Position numbers and translations under genes: made by a program. Below are positions 27,191-37,571 of a stretch of DNA of 64,000 nucleotides, piece by piece. The stretch is from Dehalococcoidia bacterium (GTDB taxonomy: Bacteria > Chloroflexota > Dehalococcoidia > Lucifugimonadales > JADFKI01), in NCBI GenBank assembly GCA_965242555.1, contig CBDESO010000008.1:547577-611576 (forward strand), written 5' to 3'. The notes below the pieces were generated by a model. It did not search any database. It saw only the letters and a program-made list of their open reading frames with translations, and was not told where the DNA came from. The first letter of the stretch is position 1. Each line of letters starts with the position of its first letter.

Positions 27191-28311
27191 GCTCCACCGG
27201 CTCCATAGGCACGCAGACGCTTGACATAGCGCGCGCGTTTCCCCGCGAACTCGGCGTGGTCGGGCTTGCCGCAGGCAGGAGCCACGCGCTCTTGGAGCGG
27301 CAGATACGCGAGTTTCGCCCGGCTTTCGCCTATTGCGAGGGCAGCGCGGCGGAGCGCGCGTTCATCGCCGACTGCGGCTGCGCCGACCGGCCTATGGAAG
27401 TTATGGCGACCCACGAATGCGTGGACATCGTGGTAGCCGCCACTACGGGCGACGTGGCGATACCCGCCACTTTCGCCGCCATAGACGCCGGCAAGTCAAT
27501 CGCCCTGGCGAACAAAGAGAGCGTGGTCATATCGGGCGAGCTGCTAACTGATGCGGCCCGCGCAAACGGCGTTTCGCTGCTGCCCCTGGACAGCGAACCC
27601 AACGCCATATGGCAGTGCCTGCGCGGCGAAGACAAGCCGGTGTCCCGCCTAATAATCACCGCGTCGGGCGGCGCGTTCAGGGACACGCCGGTAGAGCGCC
27701 TGCCGGACGTCACCCCTCAGCAAGCGCTAAAGCATCCCACTTGGAAGATGGGCGCGAAGATAACCGTGGACTCCGCTACGATGATGAACAAGGCGTTTGA
27801 GGTGATAGAGGCGCACTGGCTTTTCGGAACGGATTGGGACGACATAGAAGTCGCAATCCACCCGCAAAGCCTTATTCATTCCATGGTGGAATTCGTTGAC
27901 GGGTCGGTCAAGGCGCAGATAAGCCCGCCCGATATGCGCTTGCCCATCCAATACGCGCTATTCTACCCGCGCCGCATCCGCAATCGCAGCATAACGCGCT
28001 TTGACCCGGTGGCGGCGGGCGCGCTGAGCTTTCAGCCGTGGGAGCCGGAGCGCTACCCCTGCTTTGAACTGGCGCTTGCCACCGCGCGGCGCGGCGGCAC
28101 ATGGCCGGCGGCGCTCTGCGGCGCGGACGAATCCGCCGTGGAACTATTCCTCGCGGGCAAGATCGGCTTTATGGAGATACCGCAGGTTATCGCGGAGGCG
28201 CTGCGCGGCCACCGCAACATCGAGCGGCCAACGCTCCAAGACACGATAGACGCCGCCGCCGCCGCAAGAGCGCGCGCGGCGAGCGCGGCGGAGGCGCAGC
28301 CCTATGTTTGA
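27157..28311 (+). CDS. dxr: 1-deoxy-D-xylulose 5-phosphate reductoisomerase
   Basis: It contains LAVLGSTGSIGTQTLD, LANKESVV and HPTWKMGAKITVDSATMMNKAFEVIEAHWLF. ATG 27157 was chosen; the upstream part of listed ORF 26776.. is out-of-frame overlap with cdsA. Confidence 0.9.
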   Translation: MGSTKTGLAVLGSTGSIGTQTLDIARAFPRELGVVGLAAGRSHALLERQIREFRPAFAYCEGSAAERAFIADCGCADRPMEVMATHECVDIVVAATTGDVAIPATFAAIDAGKSIALANKESVVISGELLTDAARANGVSLLPLDSEPNAIWQCLRGEDKPVSRLIITASGGAFRDTPVERLPDVTPQQALKHPTWKMGAKITVDSATMMNKAFEVIEAHWLFGTDWDDIEVAIHPQSLIHSMVEFVDGSVKAQISPPDMRLPIQYALFYPRRIRNRSITRFDPVAAGALSFQPWEPERYPCFELALATARRGGTWPAALCGADESAVELFLAGKIGFMEIPQVIAEALRGHRNIERPTLQDTIDAAAAARARAASAAEAQPYV

Positions 28312-30013
28312 TATTCCCTCCTGGCTGCTGGTGTTCCCTGTGCTGGGATTCCTCATATTCATTCACGAATTGGGGCATTGCCTCACCGCGAAATACTTCG
28401 GCATCACGGTGAAAGAGTTCGGCTTTGGCTTTCCCCCAAGGCTGATAGGCTTTCGGTTTTACCCCAACGGCACAATCTACTCGCTGAACTGGATACCACT
28501 GGGCGGCTTTGTGCGGATGGTGGGCGAACACGGCGAGGCGATCGAAGAGGGCGCGTATCTGCGCCAAAAGCCCGAAAAGAATGTCATCCTGCTGCGTAGC
28601 CAACCGGACTTGCCCGACCTGTACGGCATATTCGGCGTGCCGCGCGACGCCACGCAAGAAGAGATCCGCAGGTCGTACGTTGAGCTTACCCAGCTGGTCG
28701 AGCTCCGCAGCCCCGAAAGGCGGGACAGGATGCTGCACGGCTTGCAAACCGCATACGGCAGGCTGTCCAATCCCGAAGATCGCGCCAAGTACGATGAGCT
28801 TATCAAAGACGTGGAGATGGAGCGCCCTGAGCCGCCCGACTACTACGGGCTGTTCGATGTGCCGGTGGACGCCACGCAAGAGCAGATAGACGAGGGGCGC
28901 GATATGGCGCTGATGGCGCTGGAGCGGCGGCGGGACAGGTTTGAGAACCCCGCCGCGCTAAGGCGCTACATAGAGTACGCGCACGAAGAGCTTTCCGACG
29001 CCGACCGGCGCGCCGCCTACGACCGCCGCCTGCGCGCGCTTGACCCCGGCGATGTGAGTTTCTCGCAGCAAAGCGTCATCAAGCGCGTGATAGTGCTTTG
29101 CGCGGGATCGTTTGTGAACCTGCTGTTCCCGCTGATAGTGTTCGCGGTAATGTTCGCGCTGCCGCATGACGCGGTAAAAGGCACCGTGGTGGTAACGGGC
29201 GTGGCGCCCAACTCGCCCGCGCAGCAGGCGGGCATTACCTCCGGCGATATGATAGTAGCGGTGAACGGCAGCGAGCTTGACACCCACGCCGACCTGATGC
29301 AGCAAACGATGTCCAACCTGGGCGCGCCGACTGAGCTGACGCTGAGACGCGGCGTGTTCGTCAGCGACAGCGCGGCGCCGCAGCCCACGTCGGGTGGCGT
29401 GGAAGTGCTGACGCTGACGCCGCGAATGAACCCGCCCGATTTGCGCGTGGTTGACCAGGTGTCCGACCCGTCGCGCGAGGTATCGCTGGCGGAGGCGCGC
29501 CGCTATCAAGCCGATTTGCAGGTGGGGGACACGCTCACGCAGGGCGCGATAGGCGTGCTTATAGGCACGGTTGACACGCAGGTGGTAACGCGCCGCTACC
29601 CGATAACCGAGGCTATCCCGCGCTCGTTCCAACAGATGTGGGATGTGCTGGCAATCACCCGCAACGGCATAGCGCGCTGGATAGGCGGCGGGCCTGATCC
29701 GGGGCTGTCCGGCCCCGTGGGCATAGCGTATATCACGGGCGAAGTGGCTGAGCGCGGCATATCGCCGCTGCTGCAGCTGACCGCCATCATCAGCATCAGC
29801 CTCGGCATAGTGAACCTGCTGCCCATACCCGCGCTTGACGGCGGCAGGCTGATGTTCGTGCTGATAGAGTGGGCGCGCGGCGGCAAGCCCATATCGCCGC
29901 GCCGCGAGGGAATGGCGCATCTGATAGGGTTCGCCGTGCTTATCGGCCTTATCGTGGTGATAAGCTACTTTGACATAGTGCGCCTGATAAGCGGCGAGGG
30001 GTTCTTGCGGTGA
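28304..30013 (+). CDS. rseP: RIP site-2 metalloprotease RseP (M50) with an inserted pair of J-domain-like repeats
   Basis: It has HELGH (28364-28378), IPLGGFVRM, a PDZ (VTGVAPNSPAQQAGITSGDMIVAVNG) and NLLPIPALDGG. The extra ~175 aa lie between the beta-loop and TM2. Confidence 0.85.
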   Translation: MFDIPSWLLVFPVLGFLIFIHELGHCLTAKYFGITVKEFGFGFPPRLIGFRFYPNGTIYSLNWIPLGGFVRMVGEHGEAIEEGAYLRQKPEKNVILLRSQPDLPDLYGIFGVPRDATQEEIRRSYVELTQLVELRSPERRDRMLHGLQTAYGRLSNPEDRAKYDELIKDVEMERPEPPDYYGLFDVPVDATQEQIDEGRDMALMALERRRDRFENPAALRRYIEYAHEELSDADRRAAYDRRLRALDPGDVSFSQQSVIKRVIVLCAGSFVNLLFPLIVFAVMFALPHDAVKGTVVVTGVAPNSPAQQAGITSGDMIVAVNGSELDTHADLMQQTMSNLGAPTELTLRRGVFVSDSAAPQPTSGGVEVLTLTPRMNPPDLRVVDQVSDPSREVSLAEARRYQADLQVGDTLTQGAIGVLIGTVDTQVVTRRYPITEAIPRSFQQMWDVLAITRNGIARWIGGGPDPGLSGPVGIAYITGEVAERGISPLLQLTAIISISLGIVNLLPIPALDGGRLMFVLIEWARGGKPISPRREGMAHLIGFAVLIGLIVVISYFDIVRLISGEGFLR

Positions 30014-30135
30014 ACCTAACTTCTTATGCGAAAGGCGTTGTTGTCAGCCCGCATAGCGGCAACCATCTCTCATAAAGAAAGCCCATATCCAATTTCATAG
30101 CCCATACGCGCAAGTTCATTGACGGCAGGAGCGAT

Positions 30136-31287
<1,152 letters not shown>

Positions 31288-31304
31288 GCGAATTAGGCAA
31301 GGCT

Positions 31305-32168
31305 ATGGCAACGCAGGCGCATAAATCGCAAGCAAACGGCGTGGTTGCGACGCCGGATAGCGGCGCGACGCCGGTGTCTCTGCGCTACCGCGAAATCGCC
31401 GCTGAGACCGCGGCGCGGCTGTTGGCGGCGTTCCCCGATAGCATCCAAGCGATTGTGCTGTACGGATCAGTGGCGCGCGGCGACGCCAACGAACACAGCG
31501 ATATTGATCTGCTGGTAATCACGCCAGCCGACCACGAAACCCGCTATAAGATAGATGAAATAGCGTATGATGTGAGCTGTGAGCGGGATAACATTGCCCT
31601 CGTCCAACTTGTGATGATGCCAAAAGAGTGGTTTGAGACTGAGGCGATAACCTACCGCTCTTACTTCGCGTCTGACATAATGGAACAGGGGATTGCGCTG
31701 CACGACGATGGCGTCTATCTTAAAAGAACCACGACCACGCCGTTGGCGCCTACCAAAGAATTTGTGACAAGGCAAATGGAGTTGGCGCGGGAATATCTGA
31801 ACGACAGCGTCCAATCTCTTGAAATGGGAAGTTTTCGCACTGCGATTGACAGGGCGTACTACGCCATGCATCATTCGGCGGTAGCGTTGCTCTGCCACTT
31901 GGGCGTTAGGCCGCCGCGCTCACATGCAGGGTTGATGAGCGTATTCGGGCAAGAGGTGGTCAACAAGGGCGTGATGCCGCGCGAGTTCGGGCCAATGCTG
32001 AGGCTTGCGAATAGGCGTAGAATGGCGGGAACTTACTCGCCTTACGCGAACATAACCGAGAGCCTTGCCCAAGAGAATGTGAACAACGCGCGCCTGTTTG
32101 TGGACAGGGTAGCGGATGCGCTGAACGAAAGCGGCCTGAACGAAAGCGCTCCGAATGAAAGCGGGTGA
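31305..32168 (+). CDS. Fused nucleotidyltransferase (MNT-like, Pol-beta superfamily) - HEPN domain protein
   Basis: The N-terminus has LYGSVARGDANEHSDIDLLVI (GS...DxD). The C-terminus has AIDRAYYAMHHSAVALL...GVRPPRSHAGL (Rx4H, 31908-31925) and ANRRRMAGTYS. ATG 31305 was chosen. Confidence 0.75.
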   Translation: MATQAHKSQANGVVATPDSGATPVSLRYREIAAETAARLLAAFPDSIQAIVLYGSVARGDANEHSDIDLLVITPADHETRYKIDEIAYDVSCERDNIALVQLVMMPKEWFETEAITYRSYFASDIMEQGIALHDDGVYLKRTTTTPLAPTKEFVTRQMELAREYLNDSVQSLEMGSFRTAIDRAYYAMHHSAVALLCHLGVRPPRSHAGLMSVFGQEVVNKGVMPREFGPMLRLANRRRMAGTYSPYANITESLAQENVNNARLFVDRVADALNESGLNESAPNESG

Positions 32169-32171
32169 GAT

Positions 32172-32624
32172 ATGACTGCAATATCAATATCCGAAAGAAA
32201 CCGCAATATCGCCGATACGCTGACGAGCCGCCTGCTGGGCGCTATGGCCGACGAGATCTATTCCATCGTGCTGTTCGGCTCGGTGGCGCGCGGGGACGCC
32301 AACGAAAAGAGCGATATAGACCTGTACATCATCGCCAAGGACTGCACAGACACGCGGCGGCGCATGGAGGCGATATGCGTCCAGGTCCAGGACGAGTTCG
32401 AGAATGTCGCGCCCATTCACCGCTTGTTCACTTCCACCGATATGTTTGAGCTGGAGGCGTCAATATGCCGCTGCCCGCGCACTAGCAACATCATCAATCA
32501 AGGCATCCTGCTGCACGACGACGGCACGTTCGCACGCATATACGAAGAGTCCGAGTGGGAGAAGTATATGCGCGAGGAGGCGGAATTGTCGCAGGATGAC
32601 GAATTTATGGCGGAGCGAGGCTGA
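32172..32624 (+). CDS. Stand-alone nucleotidyltransferase (MNT-like), paralogue of the N-terminal half of the preceding gene
   Basis: LFGSVARGDANEKSDIDLYII and ...QGILLHDDG parallel the upstream ORF. It starts 3 nt after the upstream stop. Confidence 0.75.
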   Translation: MTAISISERNRNIADTLTSRLLGAMADEIYSIVLFGSVARGDANEKSDIDLYIIAKDCTDTRRRMEAICVQVQDEFENVAPIHRLFTSTDMFELEASICRCPRTSNIINQGILLHDDGTFARIYEESEWEKYMREEAELSQDDEFMAERG

Positions 32625-32629
32625 TACTT

Positions 32630-34330
32630 ATGCGAATGTCGCGGCTATTCGGGAAGACGCAGCGCAACGATCCGGCGGAGGCGGAATTGGCAAGCCACCG
32701 GCTTATGCTGCGCGCGGGGATGATATACCAGGCGTCGGCGGGCGTGTATAGCTACCTGCCGCTGGCGTGGCGCGCGCTGCGAAAGATAGAGCGGATCATC
32801 CGCGAAGAGATGGACGCCGCCGGCGGGCAAGAGATACGAATGTCCGCGCTGCAGCCGCAGGAAATCTGGGACGAATCCGGGCGCAGCGTGATTATGGGCA
32901 ATGAGCTCTTCAGGCTGCGCGACCGCCGCGAGCGCCCGCTTGTGCTTGCGCCCACCCACGAAGAGCTGCTCACCTATATGGTCAAGGCGAATGTGCTTAG
33001 CTACCGCGACCTGCCGCTCATCATCTACCAGATACAGACCAAGTTCCGCGACGAGCCCCGTCCGCGCGGCGGGCTTATCCGCGTGCGCGAATTCGATATG
33101 AAAGACGCCTACAGCTTTGACCCCGACCAGGCGGGCCTAGACATAAGCTACGACGCGATGGTTCAGGCGTACAAGAACATCTACCGCCGCTGCGGGCTTG
33201 ATGTCATAGCGGTAGAGGCGGACAGCGGCGCTATCGGCGGCAAGGATTCCAGCGAATTCATCCTGCTCGCGGACGGCGGGGAAGACACCGTGCTGATATG
33301 CTCCGGCTGCGACTATGCCGCCAACGCTGAGAAGGCGATCTTCGCCAAGCCGCAGCCGCCCGCCGAATCGCCGCTCACGCTAGAAGAAACGCACACGCCG
33401 GGCAAACAGACAATCGCCGACGTCGCCGAATACCTGGATGTGCCGCATAACAAGACTCTCAAAGCCGTCTTCTACGCGGCGGGCGATGAGGTGGTGTTCG
33501 TGGTCATCCGCGGCGATCTTGAGGTGAACGAAATCAAGCTCAGCAACGCGCTGGGCGGCGTTGCCGGCCTGCGGCTCGCCACGCCCGAAGAGGTTCAGGC
33601 GCGCGGGCTGGTCGCCGGCTCCGCATCCCCCGTAGGCTTGCGGGACATACGCATCATCGCCGACGACTCCATCGGCATCGGCGCGAACTTTGTGGTGGGC
33701 GCGAACAAGCCCGACTACCACCTGCTCAACGCCAACCACCCGCGCGATTTCGCGGCGGACATCATCACAGACATAGCGCTGGCGCAAGAGGGCTACGCCT
33801 GCGCTATGTGCGACGGGACGCTGTCGGCGCGGCGCGGCATTGAGGTTGGGCATGTGTTCAAGCTTGGAACGCGATACAGCGAGGCGCTGAACGCCTACTA
33901 TCCCGACGAGAACGGCGAGCAGCGGCCAATCGTTATGGGCTGCTACGGCATCGGCGTTGGGCGGCTGCTCGGAGCGGCGATTGAGCAGCATCACGACGAC
34001 AACGGGATGATATTGCCCGCCAGCATCGCGCCATACGCGGTTTCGCTTGTGGCGCTGAATGTACGAAACGCCGAAGTCGCCGCCGCCGCCGATGCACTCT
34101 ATCGCCAACTGCAAGACGCCGGCGTTGAGACGCTCTACGACGACCGCGCCGAATCCGCCGGCGTCAAGTTCAACGACGCCGACCTCATCGGCTTGCCCGT
34201 CCGCCTTGTGGTCAGCCAGCGCAACATCCGCAACAACATCGTGGAAGTCAAGCGCCGCGCCGAGTCTGACGCGGAGCAGGTTGCCGCGGATGATGTGGTG
34301 GGCAAGGTCAAGTCGCTGCTGAACGGCTAA
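32630..34330 (+). CDS. proS: Proline--tRNA ligase
   Basis: It contains MRMSRLFGKTQRNDPAEAELASHRLMLRAGMIYQ, APTHEE, YQIQTKFRDEPRPRGGLIRVREFDMKDAYSF and an anticodon-binding C-terminus. Confidence 0.9.
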   Translation: MRMSRLFGKTQRNDPAEAELASHRLMLRAGMIYQASAGVYSYLPLAWRALRKIERIIREEMDAAGGQEIRMSALQPQEIWDESGRSVIMGNELFRLRDRRERPLVLAPTHEELLTYMVKANVLSYRDLPLIIYQIQTKFRDEPRPRGGLIRVREFDMKDAYSFDPDQAGLDISYDAMVQAYKNIYRRCGLDVIAVEADSGAIGGKDSSEFILLADGGEDTVLICSGCDYAANAEKAIFAKPQPPAESPLTLEETHTPGKQTIADVAEYLDVPHNKTLKAVFYAAGDEVVFVVIRGDLEVNEIKLSNALGGVAGLRLATPEEVQARGLVAGSASPVGLRDIRIIADDSIGIGANFVVGANKPDYHLLNANHPRDFAADIITDIALAQEGYACAMCDGTLSARRGIEVGHVFKLGTRYSEALNAYYPDENGEQRPIVMGCYGIGVGRLLGAAIEQHHDDNGMILPASIAPYAVSLVALNVRNAEVAAAADALYRQLQDAGVETLYDDRAESAGVKFNDADLIGLPVRLVVSQRNIRNNIVEVKRRAESDAEQVAADDVVGKVKSLLNG

Positions 34331-35498
34331 CGCGCCGCGCCTCTGCCACTTCTTGCGCGGGCTGCAGCGAACTCAGGAATCGCCGAACCTCAGCCTCGTA
34401 GAGTTCGCTATCAGTGTTCCACAGCCGCGCGTGTTCCGCGCCCGCAAAGCCCACATACCGCGCGATGTCCGGCCGCGCGTCCGCCAGCGCACGGCTCGCG
34501 GCGGCGGGCAGCATCGTGTCCGCCTCGCCGTGCAGCGCGAGTATCGGCGCGCGCAATTCGTCCGCCCGCGCGAGATAGTTCATCCGCCGCCAGTCTATGC
34601 CGAAACGCAGCCCTGCGGCGATCTTGCCGTAGCGCGTAATCAGGCTTGGGTAGCCGAGTATATTCGCGGCGTGAGTAAGCGACGCCGCGAAATCCAGCAG
34701 CGGCGAATCCAATATCACGCCCGCGACCTTGTCTGCCAGCGCGGATTCGTACAGGAAGTTCATGCAAATCGCGCCGCCCATGCTGCAGCCGAACAGCGCC
34801 ACGCCGCTTGCGCCGTTGTCAAGCGCGTATCGCACAGCGCCCTCCAAATCGCGCCATTCGGTCAAGCCAAGCCAGTGCCGCTCGTCCGGGCTTGCGGGCG
34901 CGCCGGCGTCGTTGCGATAGGCAATGCAGAGCGTCGTATTGCCCGACGCGGCGAGCGTGGGCAGGATACGCAGCGCCTCTCTGGGATGCGCGCCGCGCCC
35001 GTGAACAAAGATTGTCCACACGCCGCTTTCTGCGCCGGCCGCGCCGTCTATCCGCCAAGCCCAGCAGTCGCCCAGTTCGGTGGGATAGCGTATCTCTTCG
35101 TAAGGGATGCTATGCGCCGTCAGCGGGTTGTCGTCGTACACGAACATATCCACCCGCGCAGGCTCGGCGGCGGCGATAGCGGCGGTCAGCGGCGTGTATT
35201 CGCGCGCGACGAAGTCCTCGCCCTCCCGGATGACGCGCCCAAGCCGCCCGTAGCCGCCCGCGCTTGCAATGCCGTATATGCCTTGCCGACGCCAATCGCC
35301 GAAACTCGCCGATGGATCGGCGGCGCGCAGGGTGACGCGCTCGTCCCCGTCGCTTTCGGCGGTGATGTCTAGCGGCGGCGGCGGGTGGCGCGCGCTCAGG
35401 CTGGCGTTGTAGATGAGGTTGGATAGGTGAACGCCATACACAAGCGCCACCGCTGCCGCCGCCATAACGCAAATCAGCGCCGCCGCCGCTAGTTCCAT
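34308..35498 (-). CDS. Membrane-anchored alpha/beta hydrolase
   Basis: An N-terminal TM, HGRGAH and the nucleophile elbow GCSMGG. The 3' end overlaps the proS 3' end by 23 nt (convergent). Confidence 0.7.
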   Translation of the reverse strand: MELAAAALICVMAAAAVALVYGVHLSNLIYNASLSARHPPPPLDITAESDGDERVTLRAADPSASFGDWRRQGIYGIASAGGYGRLGRVIREGEDFVAREYTPLTAAIAAAEPARVDMFVYDDNPLTAHSIPYEEIRYPTELGDCWAWRIDGAAGAESGVWTIFVHGRGAHPREALRILPTLAASGNTTLCIAYRNDAGAPASPDERHWLGLTEWRDLEGAVRYALDNGASGVALFGCSMGGAICMNFLYESALADKVAGVILDSPLLDFAASLTHAANILGYPSLITRYGKIAAGLRFGIDWRRMNYLARADELRAPILALHGEADTMLPAAASRALADARPDIARYVGFAGAEHARLWNTDSELYEAEVRRFLSSLQPAQEVAEARRVSRSAAT

Positions 35499-35748
35499 TC
35501 ACGCCTCCCTATCGCAGTCAATCTCGCCCGCTTTCGCGCATTTGCCGGGCGTGGGCAGTCCGCCCAAACCGCGCTTGTGTTATGCTAACCCAAAAGCGCG
35601 GCGCGATACAAATTGCGCGGCGCGGGGATTCTGACTCTTTGGGAAAAGTGGGCATTTGGAAAAGTGGGCAAACCTTTTGGGCGGGGATAATGCGTTGGCG
35701 GGCAGGAATGGCGGATAGGAATGGCAAGCCAAGAAAGGGGACGGCGAT

Positions 35749-36555
35749 ATGAGCGGAATATGGCCCGGCGATCTGCGCTGCGTTGCGATGCTGACCTTTG
35801 ATGTGGACGGCGTGTCCGGCGCAATCAACCAGAACCCGGATACGGCGCGCCTGCCGAGCTTTATGTCTATGCGCGAGTATGGGCCTAGCGTTGCCACGCC
35901 GCGCATCCTTGACCTGCTGGACAAGTATGGCGTCAAGGCGAGTTTCTACATTCCCGGCTACGTCGCCGAAACGCACGATGAGTTGGTTTTGGACATACAG
36001 GCGCGCGGCCACGAAATCGGGCATCACGGCTATATGCACGAGCCGCCCGCCACGCTCTCGCCGCCGCAAGAGGCGCAAGTCTTGGACAAGGGCAGCGCCA
36101 TCCTGGAGCGCATCACCGGCGAGCGGCCGCTGGGCTACCGCTCGCCCAGCTGGGAGCTCAGCGAGGCGTCGCTGCCGCTGCTCGCCGAGCGCGGGTTCAT
36201 CTACGACTCCAGCCTGATGGGAAACGACATCCCCTATCTGGTGGACGCCGACGGGCGCGACCTGGTAGAGATCCCCGTCCACTGGGAATTGGACGATGTG
36301 CCGTACTTCAACTACGCCCCCGCGCTCGGCGTCCGCAATGTGGCGGCGGATCCTGAGCAGGTCTATCGCGTCTGGTCGGCGGCGTTTGAGGGGCTGCACC
36401 ACTACGGGCGCTCGTTTATGCTCACGATGCACCCATACGCCATAGGCCGCCCCGGCCGCCTGCGGATGCTTGAGCGGCTGATCCAGTACATACAGGGCTT
36501 TCCCGACGTAGCGTTTATGCGCGCGATAGATGTGGCGCGGATGTTTGCGAACTGA
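35749..36555 (+). CDS. Polysaccharide deacetylase (NodB-homology / PuuE-like) family protein
   Basis: It contains AMLTFDVDG, FYIPGYVAE, HEIGHHGYMHE and GYRSPSWE. Confidence 0.75.
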   Translation: MSGIWPGDLRCVAMLTFDVDGVSGAINQNPDTARLPSFMSMREYGPSVATPRILDLLDKYGVKASFYIPGYVAETHDELVLDIQARGHEIGHHGYMHEPPATLSPPQEAQVLDKGSAILERITGERPLGYRSPSWELSEASLPLLAERGFIYDSSLMGNDIPYLVDADGRDLVEIPVHWELDDVPYFNYAPALGVRNVAADPEQVYRVWSAAFEGLHHYGRSFMLTMHPYAIGRPGRLRMLERLIQYIQGFPDVAFMRAIDVARMFAN

Positions 36556-36625
36556 GCCAAATTTCGGCGCAAATGCTAGTGGTTTAGAACGCCACAAATG
36601 ATATATGATAGGGTGAACATAAGAT

Positions 36626-37567
36626 TTGCCAGTCTTGGCGCTGGATGTTGTTTGTCAAGTCTGTCAAAATGCGGAGGATTGGGAATTGACTACGCCAATA
36701 AAATTTCCTAGCCAAATATCCGTAGCAACTTCCCAAGTTTTCCAAGGGGATTGCTTGGAGTTGATTGGCAAGTTGCCTGACGCGAGCGTAGATGTTGTGG
36801 TGACAAGTCCCCCATATTGGGGACAGCGCGAGTCCTTGGGCAATGGAAATGAGGAAGACCCGAGAGATTACATCGCATTTCTTCAATCGGTTTTCGTCGC
36901 TATTCTGCCGAAGCTAAAGCGCGAGGGAATCGTTTGGCTCAACTTTGGCGACTCATATAACACACCCGTTAATTGGGGGCCAAAGGATTACAAATACAGC
37001 TCATTGGGAGCGGATAGACAGGGATTTAAGCCTGACAACGGGGCATATACAAAACCGCGTTTCAAGCGTAAGGCGTTCATAGACAAAGCGTCCGGCTGGC
37101 TGCAGTACGGCAACTTGCTGATGTTGCCCCAACGACTTCTCATAGCGCTCACCGAATCGGGGTATTTGTACCGCGGCGAAGTGATCTGGAGCAAAAAGAA
37201 CGCAATGCCGGAGGGACGTTGCCGTCGCCCTCACCGAAAGCATGAGGCGATTTACCTACTGGCAAAGCATGAGTCTCATTCGTTCCGCGCCAAGCCGCCC
37301 GTGCCAAGCGTGTGGACGTTCGCTAATGAGAACATCAACGGCTTGCAACACCGCTCGCGCTTTCCGACGGAATTGCCCAAGCGCTGCATCGAAGCATACG
37401 GGCAGTCGGGCAACGGCGTAGTTGTGCTGGATCCCTTTTCCGGGTCAGGATCTACCGGCATAGCGGCGCTGCGGCTTGGTTGCACATATATTGGATTCGA
37501 AATTGATCCTCAACAGGTCGAGGAGTCGAAGAGGCGATTGGCATCTGCATATGTGCAAACCGCATAG
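36626..37567 (+). CDS. Beta-class DNA methyltransferase (N4-cytosine or N6-adenine; SPPY type)
   Basis: Motif IV DVVVTSPPYW (SPPY at 36806-36817) precedes motif I VLDPFSGSGSTG (order IV then I = beta class). The true start is possibly TTG 36686 (GGAGGA upstream). Confidence 0.85.
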   Translation: MPVLALDVVCQVCQNAEDWELTTPIKFPSQISVATSQVFQGDCLELIGKLPDASVDVVVTSPPYWGQRESLGNGNEEDPRDYIAFLQSVFVAILPKLKREGIVWLNFGDSYNTPVNWGPKDYKYSSLGADRQGFKPDNGAYTKPRFKRKAFIDKASGWLQYGNLLMLPQRLLIALTESGYLYRGEVIWSKKNAMPEGRCRRPHRKHEAIYLLAKHESHSFRAKPPVPSVWTFANENINGLQHRSRFPTELPKRCIEAYGQSGNGVVVLDPFSGSGSTGIAALRLGCTYIGFEIDPQQVEESKRRLASAYVQTA

Positions 37568-37571
37568 GTTG

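Noticed and set aside
28958-29920. A 320-aa minus-strand ORF.
   Set aside because: It is antisense to rseP (HELGH, PDZ and LDG motifs on the plus strand) and has His/Arg/Ala-rich junk composition.
34353-36597. Long ORFs 34353-35372 (+, 339 aa) and 35518-36597 (-, 359 aa).
   Set aside because: They are antisense to the alpha/beta hydrolase (GCSMGG) and the polysaccharide deacetylase respectively, and neither contains a recognisable motif.
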